From a virus (Duplodnaviria > Caudoviricetes), in the IMG/VR virus record IMGVR_UViG_3300038365_000209, positions 1 to 53,524 of that record: a stretch of 53,524 nt of DNA. The stretch is one strand, 5' to 3'. Below the pieces are notes generated by a model. That model had not been told where the DNA came from. It was given only the letters and a program-made list of their open reading frames with translations, and searched no databases. This document shows, one piece after another, positions 37,018 through 46,584 of this stretch. A program made the translations under genes and the position numbers. Position 1 is the first letter of the stretch; each line of letters starts with the position of its first letter.

Positions 37018-37317
37018 TTATTTATCCATCTCCTTATAATTTTCGTGCTCGAACGGCAATTTCAGCTCACCGATTATCACCTGGTCTATATGCTCCCAAA
37101 ATATGGGGTCCTTTTCCGCTTCCTCGGCCGCCGTCGAAACGGCGCCGAAAAATTCTGCGATCCGGTCATGGCCGAAGCCGAAGCGCCTGTTTAGAACGAC
37201 GCCGCAAAGCTTTAAATAGCGCATAAGGATTTCGTTCTGCACGCTCGCGTCATACTCGCGAATGGCCTTTATTTCGCGGCGTGTCAGGCGCGCCGCGGCG
37301 GGAATATGGGCTTTCAT
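37018..37317 (-). CDS. Hypothetical phage protein
   Basis: LNRRFGFGHDRI motif; RBS. Confidence 0.55.
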   Translation of the reverse strand: MKAHIPAAARLTRREIKAIREYDASVQNEILMRYLKLCGVVLNRRFGFGHDRIAEFFGAVSTAAEEAEKDPIFWEHIDQVIIGELKLPFEHENYKEMDK

Positions 37318-37330
37318 AGTTTCTCCCCTT

Positions 37331-37702
37331 TCAAAACAGGCTCATTTGCAAATCATCAAACGGCTTTTTATCGATTGGTTCCGGAGTTGCACATTTCCAA
37401 TCCGGACGGCTCATAAGACGTTTGGCGTTTTCGGATTTAGGCTTTGCCAAATAATTGCTGTCCACAACGGGCGGCGTTGGAAGGTAAAATTCTGGCGGTG
37501 GATTCTCGCCTGATTCAGTGCATAAGCGACGAATCTCATTTTTGAAATAGCAGACATGGTTGTGAACGAGGTTCAGATTCACGCCGTCCGGCCAGCTGGG
37601 ATCGTTACAGCCGTTTTTGTGAATATCCTCCCAGCGGAGGATTGCTTTGCGGATTTCTTCCGCATTCCCCTGTATTTGCTCATGAACGGAATTCTTTTTC
37701 AT
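37331..37702 (-). CDS. Hypothetical phage protein
   Basis: GCNDPSWPDGVNLNLVHNH...YLPTPPVVD. Confidence 0.6.
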   Translation of the reverse strand: MKKNSVHEQIQGNAEEIRKAILRWEDIHKNGCNDPSWPDGVNLNLVHNHVCYFKNEIRRLCTESGENPPPEFYLPTPPVVDSNYLAKPKSENAKRLMSRPDWKCATPEPIDKKPFDDLQMSLF

Positions 37703-38274
37703 GGCTGCTCCTTCAGGTACATATCGTGATATGCCACGCCGACGGCGATTGCCGACCAGACGTCCTTCCCCACTCCATAGAACCAGCCTGGATGTGCTTT
37801 CGTGCCTTTCTCCCCGAACCGGTCCCGGAGGGCTTGCGAAATGTTTGCATCCTTTGCCTTCATGTTGCCGCAAAGCGTGAGTTTTTCGTCTCGGCGGTAA
37901 ATTACCCGCCGAAAGGGTATGTACCCCGTCACCTGCCAGAAGCGGCCGATCCAGACCGCCGTATCGAATACTGTTTTCCCGGCCGGCATACCGCTGCCGT
38001 AGTGCGCCACCATTTCAATCGCAAAGTGCGGCGCGTCCGGATATTTAAAATCGTGCGTGATGATCTTCTCCAAAAGGATTTCATTGTTCGTCTTGCCGAA
38101 TTCAATCGGTTTCAGAATATCGTTCAGAATTACCCAGCCGCTTTCGATGTTGCCGGGATCAATTGCAAAGATAAGAGGGCCCTGTTTTTCTTCGTTCAAC
38201 TGTCTTTGATCTCCTTTCTGAAAAGTGATTGCTGCGCCATCGCGCGGTCCCTGCGCCGGTTTGCCATATCGCAA
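37699..38274 (-). CDS. RuvC-like Holliday junction resolvase
   Basis: IFAIDPGNIESG, AIEMVAHYG, DVWSAIAV; true start likely downstream of 38274. Confidence 0.7.
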   Translation of the reverse strand: MRYGKPAQGPRDGAAITFQKGDQRQLNEEKQGPLIFAIDPGNIESGWVILNDILKPIEFGKTNNEILLEKIITHDFKYPDAPHFAIEMVAHYGSGMPAGKTVFDTAVWIGRFWQVTGYIPFRRVIYRRDEKLTLCGNMKAKDANISQALRDRFGEKGTKAHPGWFYGVGKDVWSAIAVGVAYHDMYLKEQP

Positions 38275-39215
38275 TAATCCGGGTTCAGGTCAAAGCCGAT
38301 GCAGTTCCGGTCAAGCTCATTTGCCGTAACAAGCGTCGTTCCGGATCCCATGAACGGGTCACATACCGTTCCGCCCTCTGAGCAACCAGCGAGAATGCAA
38401 GGCTTAATCAGTTCTGGTGGGAATGTGGCAAAATGCGCCTCCTTGAATGGTTTTGTAGATATGGTCCAGACGTCCCGCTTATTTCTCGTGTTCCCTTCCC
38501 ACGGAACCGATGCGCCTAAGTGGGAGCTGGGCCTTCCCCGTTCGTCACCGTATTTTCTTGCGGCGTTTCCGCTTCGTGCCTGTTTTCCGACATTCGGATG
38601 GATGGCAAGATTTTTCCCGTCCTGAAACAAGGAATCATGCCAATCTCCGGCGGGTTCCCGAATTGCCTCGGCATCGAAGTAGTAGTGCGGCGATTTGCTG
38701 AGCAGGAAGATATACTCATGTGCTTTTGTGCAGCGGTCCCGCACACTTTCCGGCATGGGGTTTGGCTTTGCCCAGATGATGTCCTGACGTAAAATCCACC
38801 CATCAGCCCGGAGCGCAAAAGCAAGCATCCACGGGATTCCAATGAGACTTTTTGGGGGTAAACCAGTGATGCTTTTTTCTCTGCCGACGCGCTTTCGGTT
38901 GTTATCATCGAGATAAGCCTGCTTGCCTCCGGTTTTACCGCCCCATTTCCCATCGTTGGCGTAGCTGTCGCCCATATTCAGCCAGAGCGTTCCATCGTCC
39001 CGGAGGACACGCCATACTTCGCGGAAAATTTCTACCATTCGACTTATGTATCCTTCTGGCGACGGCTCCAAGCCGATCTGACCGGCGACTCCGTAATCCC
39101 GCAGACCGTAATAGGGCGGCGAGGTAACGCAGCAATTCACGCTTTCGGCTTCGAGTTGTTTTAGCCCGGCAACCGCATCTGCACAATAGCAGCGATTCAG
39201 TTCAAGCATCCGCAT
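38196..39215 (-). CDS. DNA amino-methyltransferase (N4-C/N6-A, beta class)
   Basis: VTSPPYYGLRDY and DPFMGSGTT motifs. Confidence 0.92.
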   Translation of the reverse strand: MRMLELNRCYCADAVAGLKQLEAESVNCCVTSPPYYGLRDYGVAGQIGLEPSPEGYISRMVEIFREVWRVLRDDGTLWLNMGDSYANDGKWGGKTGGKQAYLDDNNRKRVGREKSITGLPPKSLIGIPWMLAFALRADGWILRQDIIWAKPNPMPESVRDRCTKAHEYIFLLSKSPHYYFDAEAIREPAGDWHDSLFQDGKNLAIHPNVGKQARSGNAARKYGDERGRPSSHLGASVPWEGNTRNKRDVWTISTKPFKEAHFATFPPELIKPCILAGCSEGGTVCDPFMGSGTTLVTANELDRNCIGFDLNPDYCDMANRRRDRAMAQQSLFRKEIKDS

Positions 39216-39916
39216 CACCACGGAAATTCCTGTATCAGCGGAGCGCCCCACACTTTGGCAAGACTGCCCTTCATAAAAACGGGAATGTTGGCCGCTCGGC
39301 ACTCTTTGACGATGGATTCAATCCATTCGCGTTGTGGAATCACTTTGCCCTTGCGATTTCCAGTCTCACTCCCCATAATCACCCATTTGGGTTTCGTATC
39401 TTCCCTAAAATTGCAGGCGATCGGCTCCAAAATTGGCTCAATGCTCCAAAAGTCTCCGCTCTGCATTGTCCCCTTCGGAACCATGTCTTGCCTGGCAACC
39501 GTATTGCCTACATAGAAAAATACATTGTCATCGTCCAGACCTTTCGGAATCCTGCGGGCGTTCCATAAAAAATAATCCGTTTTTGCGTACTGCTCAATCC
39601 GCTTTGTGAGAAAAAGGTACTTGTGCTGTGGATTCTCAACCATTGCCTTGTAGACCGCTTCTAACCATTCCGGCTTCCAGTCCGCAATATCTGACATGCT
39701 GTCCATGAAAATGACCTGCGGCTTCTTCTCCGAAAGCTGTTTCAGGCGTTCCGGAAAAAATACCGGACATGAAAAGTCCTTGACAAAATGGAATCTGTCA
39801 TTCAGCCTTCGGGCGTAGCAGTAAGGGCAGCCAAACGTACAGCCGACGACCGGATTCAGCGAGCGCGTCGCCCAGCCGATGGTCTTTGAAATATCATTCA
39901 TGATGTTCTCCTTCAA
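39215..39916 (-). CDS. DUF5131 (gp37/gp68) family protein
   Basis: NPVVGCTFGCPYCYA, SMSDI, FLTKR, WVIMGSETG. Confidence 0.85.
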   Translation of the reverse strand: MKENIMNDISKTIGWATRSLNPVVGCTFGCPYCYARRLNDRFHFVKDFSCPVFFPERLKQLSEKKPQVIFMDSMSDIADWKPEWLEAVYKAMVENPQHKYLFLTKRIEQYAKTDYFLWNARRIPKGLDDDNVFFYVGNTVARQDMVPKGTMQSGDFWSIEPILEPIACNFREDTKPKWVIMGSETGNRKGKVIPQREWIESIVKECRAANIPVFMKGSLAKVWGAPLIQEFPW

Positions 39917-40081
39917 ATTTTCAGATCGTCCGCGAGGCGGCGCACGGCACGGTCATATTCGCGCGGCGAATCCCCGTCCAGCAGGGCTGCGGCCTCCCGC
40001 TTCGCATATTCGTAGGCCCTCCATGGGTTCCCGCCTGCATAGTGGAGCGCCCAGCTCGCTATCTGCTCGATCTGTTCATCA

Positions 40082-41332
40082 TCAATCTTCATACCGCGTT
40101 TCCACCTCCGTAAATTTCTGATGCTTCCCGTCAAAGTTCATGTCAATCGTTCCGCACGCGCCATAAAACTTGTTTTTGTCGAGAAGGACGTGCGTTTCTT
40201 CCGGCGGGAAATTGGCCTTGTCAATCACCCAAGGACGATACAGGAGCATAATGTAGTCGCCATCGGCACTCAAATTTCCAGATTCCTTCAGGTCACTCAT
40301 GGTAGGCTTCTTGTTTTTCGCTTTCATGTCTGGCTTCACGAGCTGGGAAAGGCAGATGATACAGCAATTGTTGATCCGTGCCAGCCGTTTCAGCTCCGAC
40401 GAAATATAATCGATTTGCTCCTTCTTGTTGGAGAACCGCTGAGTTGTGCGGACGTTTTGCAGGAAGTCCACGATTGCAAGGTCTGGCTTGAATTTTGAAA
40501 TCTTCCCCGCTATGGCCTCGATGGAGTAAACAGAATCATGCAAGGAAAGACGCTTGTTCACCATCAGCTCGTTTACGCCGTTGGCGACGTCGAGGAGCTC
40601 CTGCTCCGAAACCCGTCGGAGATCAATCGCCCCGTAGTCGATCTGCTTCCACGAAGCAAAGATACGGTCAAGAATCTGTTCCTTGCTCATTTCCAGCGAA
40701 AAGAACTGCACTCGCTTTTGGTCGGTGTAATTTTTCAGGGCGATGTTCGCCGCAAAGCTCGTTTTTCCGGTCGAGGGGTATGCGCCGATGTAGCAGAGGG
40801 AGCCTTTCCGCAGCCCATGAAACGATCGGTCCAGTTGGGAGAAACCGGTGAGAATCCGGTCTTTTTTGTTAACCGGCGTGTCGAAGCTGGTCAGATAGTC
40901 CATGAGATAGCTGCTATCGTCTTCCGATCGATGCAAATTTTCCGATTCAACAACTCTCCCAAGCGATGAAAGAATATCGTCGTATCCGTATCCACTCACA
41001 AGTACCCTGCCGAGCTTTTCCGTGATGCGCCTGCGCCCACTTCCGGATTTTACCGTGTCCACATACCCGTCATAGTTTGAAGTTGATATGAACGCCTCGG
41101 CAGACGCAAGGGCAAATTTCTTCGTATCCTCCTGAACATCGGCGCTGCCAAATATGGCCGCGTCCATTTTTTTGCCGGATAGGATCGCTTTTGAAATAAC
41201 CTCGAAGGCGTCGGCCGCAAGCGGGTTTTCAAAATCGCCTTTGGTAAGGGTGTCAATGGCATACGAGCATTCTTCCGGAAAAAGAAGCAGACCGCCGATC
41301 ACGGCGGATTCCGCATTAAAACTTTCTGTCAC
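40082..41332 (-). CDS. dnaB: Replicative DnaB-like helicase
   Basis: GAYPSTGKTS, FSLEM, VDFLQ, LSQL, DLKESG. Confidence 0.92.
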   Translation of the reverse strand: MTESFNAESAVIGGLLLFPEECSYAIDTLTKGDFENPLAADAFEVISKAILSGKKMDAAIFGSADVQEDTKKFALASAEAFISTSNYDGYVDTVKSGSGRRRITEKLGRVLVSGYGYDDILSSLGRVVESENLHRSEDDSSYLMDYLTSFDTPVNKKDRILTGFSQLDRSFHGLRKGSLCYIGAYPSTGKTSFAANIALKNYTDQKRVQFFSLEMSKEQILDRIFASWKQIDYGAIDLRRVSEQELLDVANGVNELMVNKRLSLHDSVYSIEAIAGKISKFKPDLAIVDFLQNVRTTQRFSNKKEQIDYISSELKRLARINNCCIICLSQLVKPDMKAKNKKPTMSDLKESGNLSADGDYIMLLYRPWVIDKANFPPEETHVLLDKNKFYGACGTIDMNFDGKHQKFTEVETRYED

Positions 41333-42057
41333 AATTTAGGTATTCCCTCCCATGGATTGGCCGGGGGTTGGTCGTCGTTCTCCTTCCCCTTCAGCCGATC
41401 CCAAATAATCCCCTGCCAGTTATTTGCCATGCAGTTATCAATCAGGGAAAGAACATCGGGCTCGCTATAAACTTTCAGCTTGTTGGAAACGACGGTCATA
41501 AAACTTTTAAGGCCAGTAGGTTTGTATGAATCCCGCTTTTCGGCCTTATAGGCAAGCCATTCCTGCAGCTTTGCTCTCATCGGCTCGGAAAAAGCGTGCC
41601 CGAAAAAAACGTCCTCGACCTTCGTTTTTTGAACGGGGGGTTTAGGGGGTTCTTTATCTGTTTCTATATCTGGGCTTTTATCTGGTATAGGTTGGACGCT
41701 TTCGTCCTTTCGATCGGACGATTCCGTCCCATCGACGGGACGATTTCGGAAAATGCAATAGACGGAATCAGGCAGTGCGTACCACTTTGTTTTGTCATAT
41801 GGAGAATTGTTGTAATTCCCCGTAAGTATTTCCCCAGCCGCTTCCATGCGCTTTAAAATCCTTTTAATCTGCGGGGCGCTCCAATAAGGGAATATTTCGG
41901 CGAACGCTTCGATGGAACTATACGTCCAGTAGTGCCCATTATGGAAATGGCGCTGGTTGGCCTCATTTTTCTGAATCCAAAAAAACATGTGATTCAGAAT
42001 GATCGCCTCGTCAATGCCATATTTTTTTGCAATTTCCACATCAAAACTGTGTGTCAT
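41329..42057 (-). CDS. Phage replication initiator
   Basis: HSFDVEIAKKYG...WTYSS...PYDKTKWY; C-terminal NNWQGI; upstream of DnaB. Confidence 0.8.
   Translation of the reverse strand: MTHSFDVEIAKKYGIDEAIILNHMFFWIQKNEANQRHFHNGHYWTYSSIEAFAEIFPYWSAPQIKRILKRMEAAGEILTGNYNNSPYDKTKWYALPDSVYCIFRNRPVDGTESSDRKDESVQPIPDKSPDIETDKEPPKPPVQKTKVEDVFFGHAFSEPMRAKLQEWLAYKAEKRDSYKPTGLKSFMTVVSNKLKVYSEPDVLSLIDNCMANNWQGIIWDRLKGKENDDQPPANPWEGIPKL
41694..41751. repeat. Putative origin iterons inside initiator gene
   Basis: GGACGCTTTCGTCC, GGACGATTCCGTCC, GGACGATTTCGG at 41694, 41716, 41738 (22-bp period). Confidence 0.7.
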
Positions 42058-42071
42058 TTTGCTTTACCTCC

Positions 42072-42818
42072 CTAAAATGCCGTGACCGGCTTCCCGGTCA
42101 GCCGTTGAATCTCCCGCCGGAAGAGCTCCGGGTCGCCATTGTTCCGGGAAATGTGAATCAGGTAGATGTGCCGGACCGTGCTCATGTCGTTCGCCGTGAG
42201 AAAATCTTTCACATTTTCCAGGCTGAAATGTGCCTGTTCGATCCGGCGCTTCATGGCTTCAGGAACCCGACCTTCCGCCACGCTGTGGTTGAGAGCCTCC
42301 TTGCTGTAATTGCACTCAACCATAATCACGTTCAGCGGAATTTTCTTTCCCTGCGGGGTCTCAAACCGATAACGCAGGTAAAAGGAATCCGTCACGAAAA
42401 ACAGGTTCTCGTCCGCGGCCGATGAATGGAGAAGAAAACAAACCGGCTCATAAGCGTCATGCTGGGCTTCCAGCGGAAGAATCTCCCAGGTCCCGAGCCG
42501 GAATGGTTTCCCTGCCAAAATCGTGTGGGCCCGATAAGGCCGAACCGGCTTTTCAGACCTTTCGAAAATCTCCTGAAACGTGCCGGCCGTCGCGTAAATA
42601 TCGATCCCTGCATCCGAAAGTTTCGGAGCGCTGCGGGCGTGGTCGTTGTGGCCATGTGTAATGAGTAGTCCCTTTACACGTGGAAGCATATCAAGATACC
42701 CGGAGAGAATTTTCCGAGCGATAATGCCCGCTTCCAAGAGCAGAACGTTCTCTCCGTCGCCTATGGCGTAGCTGTTTCCCGTGCTCCCGGAGGCAAGGCA
42801 TTTTACTTTAATAGGCAT
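42072..42818 (-). CDS. MBL-fold hydrolase/nuclease
   Basis: LASGSTGNSY, THGHNDH, ECNY, LIHIS. Confidence 0.88.
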   Translation of the reverse strand: MPIKVKCLASGSTGNSYAIGDGENVLLLEAGIIARKILSGYLDMLPRVKGLLITHGHNDHARSAPKLSDAGIDIYATAGTFQEIFERSEKPVRPYRAHTILAGKPFRLGTWEILPLEAQHDAYEPVCFLLHSSAADENLFFVTDSFYLRYRFETPQGKKIPLNVIMVECNYSKEALNHSVAEGRVPEAMKRRIEQAHFSLENVKDFLTANDMSTVRHIYLIHISRNNGDPELFRREIQRLTGKPVTAF

Positions 42819-42824
42819 AGGACG

Positions 42825-44060
42825 TTAAAAAGGCGCCCTGTGGCTCGTCTGACGCTTGTTTGAGGCGGGGGCCGGTGTAGTTTCACTCTTCGCGGGTTTC
42901 GCGGGCTCCTGCGGCTTGTCAAAGACAGTTTCCGGGTTAGGGCCGGCGGGCATGGAATTGTCCTCGTGGCCTTCCGGATGATCGGCGTCAGAGCCTTCGT
43001 CTGCGGACGGCTCCCTCACTTCTCCTGTTTCCTCGTCTACGTCAATATCGATAGGCTCGGAATTCGCAAACTGCTTGATCTCACGGGCCGCGGCACGGTA
43101 TGTGTCATCTGTCGTTTCCTCAAACATGGTTTCAAGGGCGCCGTTACCAAAGTCTTTCGGGATTTTTTTGATCGCGTTGTTCCGCATTTTGCGCTCGATC
43201 ATAGACTCGCGGCTGTAAGGCTCCGTCCACGCCGGGCTGATATATGGCTGAAGCTCCGGGTCGTCAAGGATATCGTCAAGGCATTTATGGGCACGGGCCT
43301 TGTCGAAAATTTCCTTTTTCTTAGCGGCGATCTCTTTTTTCTGAGCAGGGGTCGCGTCCCATTTGCTTTTAGCGATCCCGAAAGTTTCCAGCATCAGGTT
43401 GTTGTTCAGATGGGCAAGAAGGTTATGCCTGACGTCCTCACGCTCGGCAATATAGAAATCGACATACTGCTTGCCATCTTTGCCGTCCATGATGATCGGA
43501 TATACGACTTTGACGATCTTCCCGGAGCTGCCCTTCGGGGCCCATGTCGGGGGAGTCATATCCGTGCCGTTGAAAGACGGATATGTAAAATCGTCTCCTT
43601 CATGGACCTTCCAGATTTGGCAGATGCGCTTTACTCCGCGCCCAAAGTTGGCGAGGATGGTATCGTTGCCGTCGCCCTCGATTCCCATCTCGACCTGCTT
43701 CATCCATGAGTCCTTCCCGCCGTTCGCGCCTTTTTTCTTTACGTTGCGAAGCTCGAAGAATACTTCGCGGGGCTGTACGGCGGCGTTCAGCCGCAGGCAG
43801 GCTACCTTGATAAGGATGTCTGAAATTGTGCTACGGTCGAGCTCAGAGCTGGCCCACGACACGCCCGCTTTGTCCAATAGAGCATTGATTCCGGAAATGG
43901 CGTGCATCACGCACTGTTTGGAATAAGGGGACATATTCAGGGAGTTCTTCTCCATCTGCGATTCGATCAGCGGAAGGAACTGGTCGTTCACCGCGGTAAG
44001 CTGTGTCCTGAATTCCTTTTTAGGGGCGGCGCTGGCCGCCGACGCTTTATTTTCACTCAT
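42825..44060 (-). CDS. RecT-like single-strand annealing protein
   Basis: LRLNA..PREVFF, GIEGDG, MIERKMRNNAIK; sits between AAA ATPase and MBL nuclease. Confidence 0.65.
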   Translation of the reverse strand: MSENKASAASAAPKKEFRTQLTAVNDQFLPLIESQMEKNSLNMSPYSKQCVMHAISGINALLDKAGVSWASSELDRSTISDILIKVACLRLNAAVQPREVFFELRNVKKKGANGGKDSWMKQVEMGIEGDGNDTILANFGRGVKRICQIWKVHEGDDFTYPSFNGTDMTPPTWAPKGSSGKIVKVVYPIIMDGKDGKQYVDFYIAEREDVRHNLLAHLNNNLMLETFGIAKSKWDATPAQKKEIAAKKKEIFDKARAHKCLDDILDDPELQPYISPAWTEPYSRESMIERKMRNNAIKKIPKDFGNGALETMFEETTDDTYRAAAREIKQFANSEPIDIDVDEETGEVREPSADEGSDADHPEGHEDNSMPAGPNPETVFDKPQEPAKPAKSETTPAPASNKRQTSHRAPF

Positions 44061-44568
44061 AGTCATTTATCCTCGCTTTCTGATTTCACTGATTTTCCAA
44101 TGATCGTTTTCGCCCGATCCCGGAAGGGAGCGATCTCCGCTTCCGGGACGTTGACGGCGGTAACAACTGCGGTAGATGTGCCGGACGTGCTAGGGGCCTC
44201 GACGTAATCCCCAACGGAAACCTTGCAGGGCGTGAAATAGGTGTATTCCCGCCCGGATGGCGCGCCATTCTTCAGAAACCGGAGTTTTATTACGTTTGTC
44301 TTTTCCATGTTCATTCTCCTTTACAGTTTCCCAAGCTCGGATTCGAGCTGTTTTTTCTTGCTTTCGAGGTTTGAGAGAATCATAGCTTTGCAACTTTCTT
44401 TCACCACAGGGTCAAGCGTTTTGCTGTCAAAATAAGCGTCGCCGCCTGCGCCGCAAACTCTAAATGAGGTTGTAGGCCCAGTCTGCACCTCTTCCATATT
44501 TTTAATAGCCTCGTCAATGCTTGAAATTCGCTTGCAAATATTGTTTCCACGGTTAAGGCTTTCGACTG

Positions 44569-46008
44569 TCATTCTTCATCGCCCTCCTGCTCAACATCTT
44601 CGCCGTCAGAATACTGCGGCTGGTCGTCATGGTCGTCCGAGTGCGCATCGGCATAAGCCTGAACAATCTCCGGGCGGGTGCAGCCTTGGAACTGTACTGC
44701 GTCCTCAACATCATCCTCGAAAGAAGGATTCCCGCCGTCCTCAATAGCCGGATCGTAGCAACATCCTGGCTTTCCGGAGTCGGCGGTTCCGTAGAACGGG
44801 CAGTCAATATTCGTGCAGGGATATGGCTTTTCGGGCTGCCCTTCCGCATCATCTTCCTTGTAGTGCTCCACAATCCCAGTTTTACCATCCACCGTAACCG
44901 TGCCGCCCGGGCTATCATCAAAGGAAAGCTGCTGGTTACGGTCTTCCGGGACAATCACGCGGCCGTCCTGCTCTACTGTGATTTCCAGATCGTCCGGGAA
45001 GCGGATTTGCGTCGATACTTTGGCAGGCTTTGGCGTACAATCAACCTTGCACTTCTTCGGATCGGGTTTCAGGACGCCGCCGTAGTTGTTGATAACGACC
45101 TTGATCGAAAGCTCTCCACTTTCAATCAGCTTTGTTTTCATTGCACGGGCCAGATCACGAAGCGACTGATCGGCGCTATCAAAAACAGAATTGAAAGCCG
45201 GGAGCCGAAGGCTCAGGTCAGGACCGTCAGGAAGCGGGGCGGACTTCTCTTCGCCGTTGCTGGAAGTCTCTGCATCGTTCGCAGAATCTCCGGAATCGTC
45301 CCCGGAATCGGGCGTTTCGTCCGTCTCGTTCTCGAAATTGGCGCCATTATCTCCGGATTCCGGGGCTTCGTTCTTTTGTTCCACTTGCTGGGGATCATCT
45401 ACGGGTGGAACAGAATTGCCGTTTTCGTCAGGTGCAGAGCCAAAGGTCTGCTGTTCCATTTCAGGGCCTTCATCAGGAATTGGAAACTCGGCGGCAAATT
45501 TGCGCTTCAGCGCATAGCCGTCAAGGGCGTTCTGCGCCTGCTGGAAGGTGTCGAAGTCCGGGATGGTGGTTACTTCGGTCCGAGCCCCATTTGCTGCCGG
45601 CTCGGTGGAGCACATAAACGCAGTGAACTTCCCGTTGTCCGTGCGCCGGTCAACGAAATACCGCCACTGGCCGTGTATGTAGGCCACGCCCTCCTGAACT
45701 TCTGCGGGTGTTTCTGCTACTTTCTGCTTTGCCATTGATTTGGCCTCCTTTATCTGCTTCAAAATATTTTCATCCTCAAAGGTGATTTCCTGTGCCGCGT
45801 CGGGATTGAGAACCCGAGTACCGCGGCACTCTGCCACATCCGAAATCTGATTGCGGAACGGATCGAAAACGGCCTGCATCCGCACGTACGGGCAGCCATA
45901 GCAATCATGATCTGGCCCATAATCAGGCATTCGGTAAGGCGCCGTGGAGGCGCCGATGTTCTTTTCAAAGATGCGCCCACATTTACAACGATAGATGCTC
46001 ATTCCCAA
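44569..46008 (-). CDS. Acidic hypothetical protein with Cys clusters
   Basis: 479 aa ORF; strong internal AGGAGG-ATG near 45735. Confidence 0.6.
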   Translation of the reverse strand: MGMSIYRCKCGRIFEKNIGASTAPYRMPDYGPDHDCYGCPYVRMQAVFDPFRNQISDVAECRGTRVLNPDAAQEITFEDENILKQIKEAKSMAKQKVAETPAEVQEGVAYIHGQWRYFVDRRTDNGKFTAFMCSTEPAANGARTEVTTIPDFDTFQQAQNALDGYALKRKFAAEFPIPDEGPEMEQQTFGSAPDENGNSVPPVDDPQQVEQKNEAPESGDNGANFENETDETPDSGDDSGDSANDAETSSNGEEKSAPLPDGPDLSLRLPAFNSVFDSADQSLRDLARAMKTKLIESGELSIKVVINNYGGVLKPDPKKCKVDCTPKPAKVSTQIRFPDDLEITVEQDGRVIVPEDRNQQLSFDDSPGGTVTVDGKTGIVEHYKEDDAEGQPEKPYPCTNIDCPFYGTADSGKPGCCYDPAIEDGGNPSFEDDVEDAVQFQGCTRPEIVQAYADAHSDDHDDQPQYSDGEDVEQEGDEE

Positions 46009-46417
46009 TCCCTCTTTTCAGGGATTCGAGTATTTCATTCGGGTCCGCACCAGAAAGTGCGATCCTCTTGCTTTCCGGGTTTTCCATTCGGAGCTGCTCG
46101 ATCAACGTTGCGATGAATTCGCCGTTGGTGGGCTTCCCGTGGCCGATATTAAGGGTGGAATAGCCGAAAAGGCTCTCGTAGATATCAGGATCACCCTTAT
46201 TAAAGGCAATCTCGGTCGCGTGTCGGATGGCCCGCTCAACGCGCGTAGGCGTGGTATTTTCCCGCTGCGCAATCGCGGGATAGAGGCGTTTGGTAAGGGC
46301 CTGAATGTAGGTGCTATCCTCCCAGCAGATGTCCAGCGCGTCTTTGAGATAGATGTAACCTAAGGAACTGGCAGGGACGCTGGTCCTGCGGAGCATTTCA
46401 ATGATTTTTGGATTCAT
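45983..46417 (-). CDS. Spo0A C-terminal (DNA-binding) domain protein without receiver domain
   Basis: GYIYLKDAL...LTKRLYPAIA...TTPTRVERAIRHATE...KPTNGEFIA. Confidence 0.9.
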   Translation of the reverse strand: MNPKIIEMLRRTSVPASSLGYIYLKDALDICWEDSTYIQALTKRLYPAIAQRENTTPTRVERAIRHATEIAFNKGDPDIYESLFGYSTLNIGHGKPTNGEFIATLIEQLRMENPESKRIALSGADPNEILESLKRGIGNEHLSL

Positions 46418-46584
46418 TTGTTTTTACCTCCACACCAAAAGAAATCTTCTGTCGGGCTCCAATCTTCCAAAACCAATTTTGGCGGACAAACTTTATTGCA
46501 GATTGAATCTCCTTCTCCGACATAAAGGAAATGTTCACACCGATCGTCGCAAGTCTGAGGACCGCGCCTTTTGCGCTTGCTCAC
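46414..46584 (-). CDS. 56-aa Cys-rich protein (not in ORF track)
   Basis: MSKRKRRGPQTCDDRCEHFLYVGEGDSICNKVCPPKLVLEDWSPTEDFFWCGGKNK*, overlaps both neighbours. Confidence 0.6.
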   Translation of the reverse strand: MSKRKRRGPQTCDDRCEHFLYVGEGDSICNKVCPPKLVLEDWSPTEDFFWCGGKNK

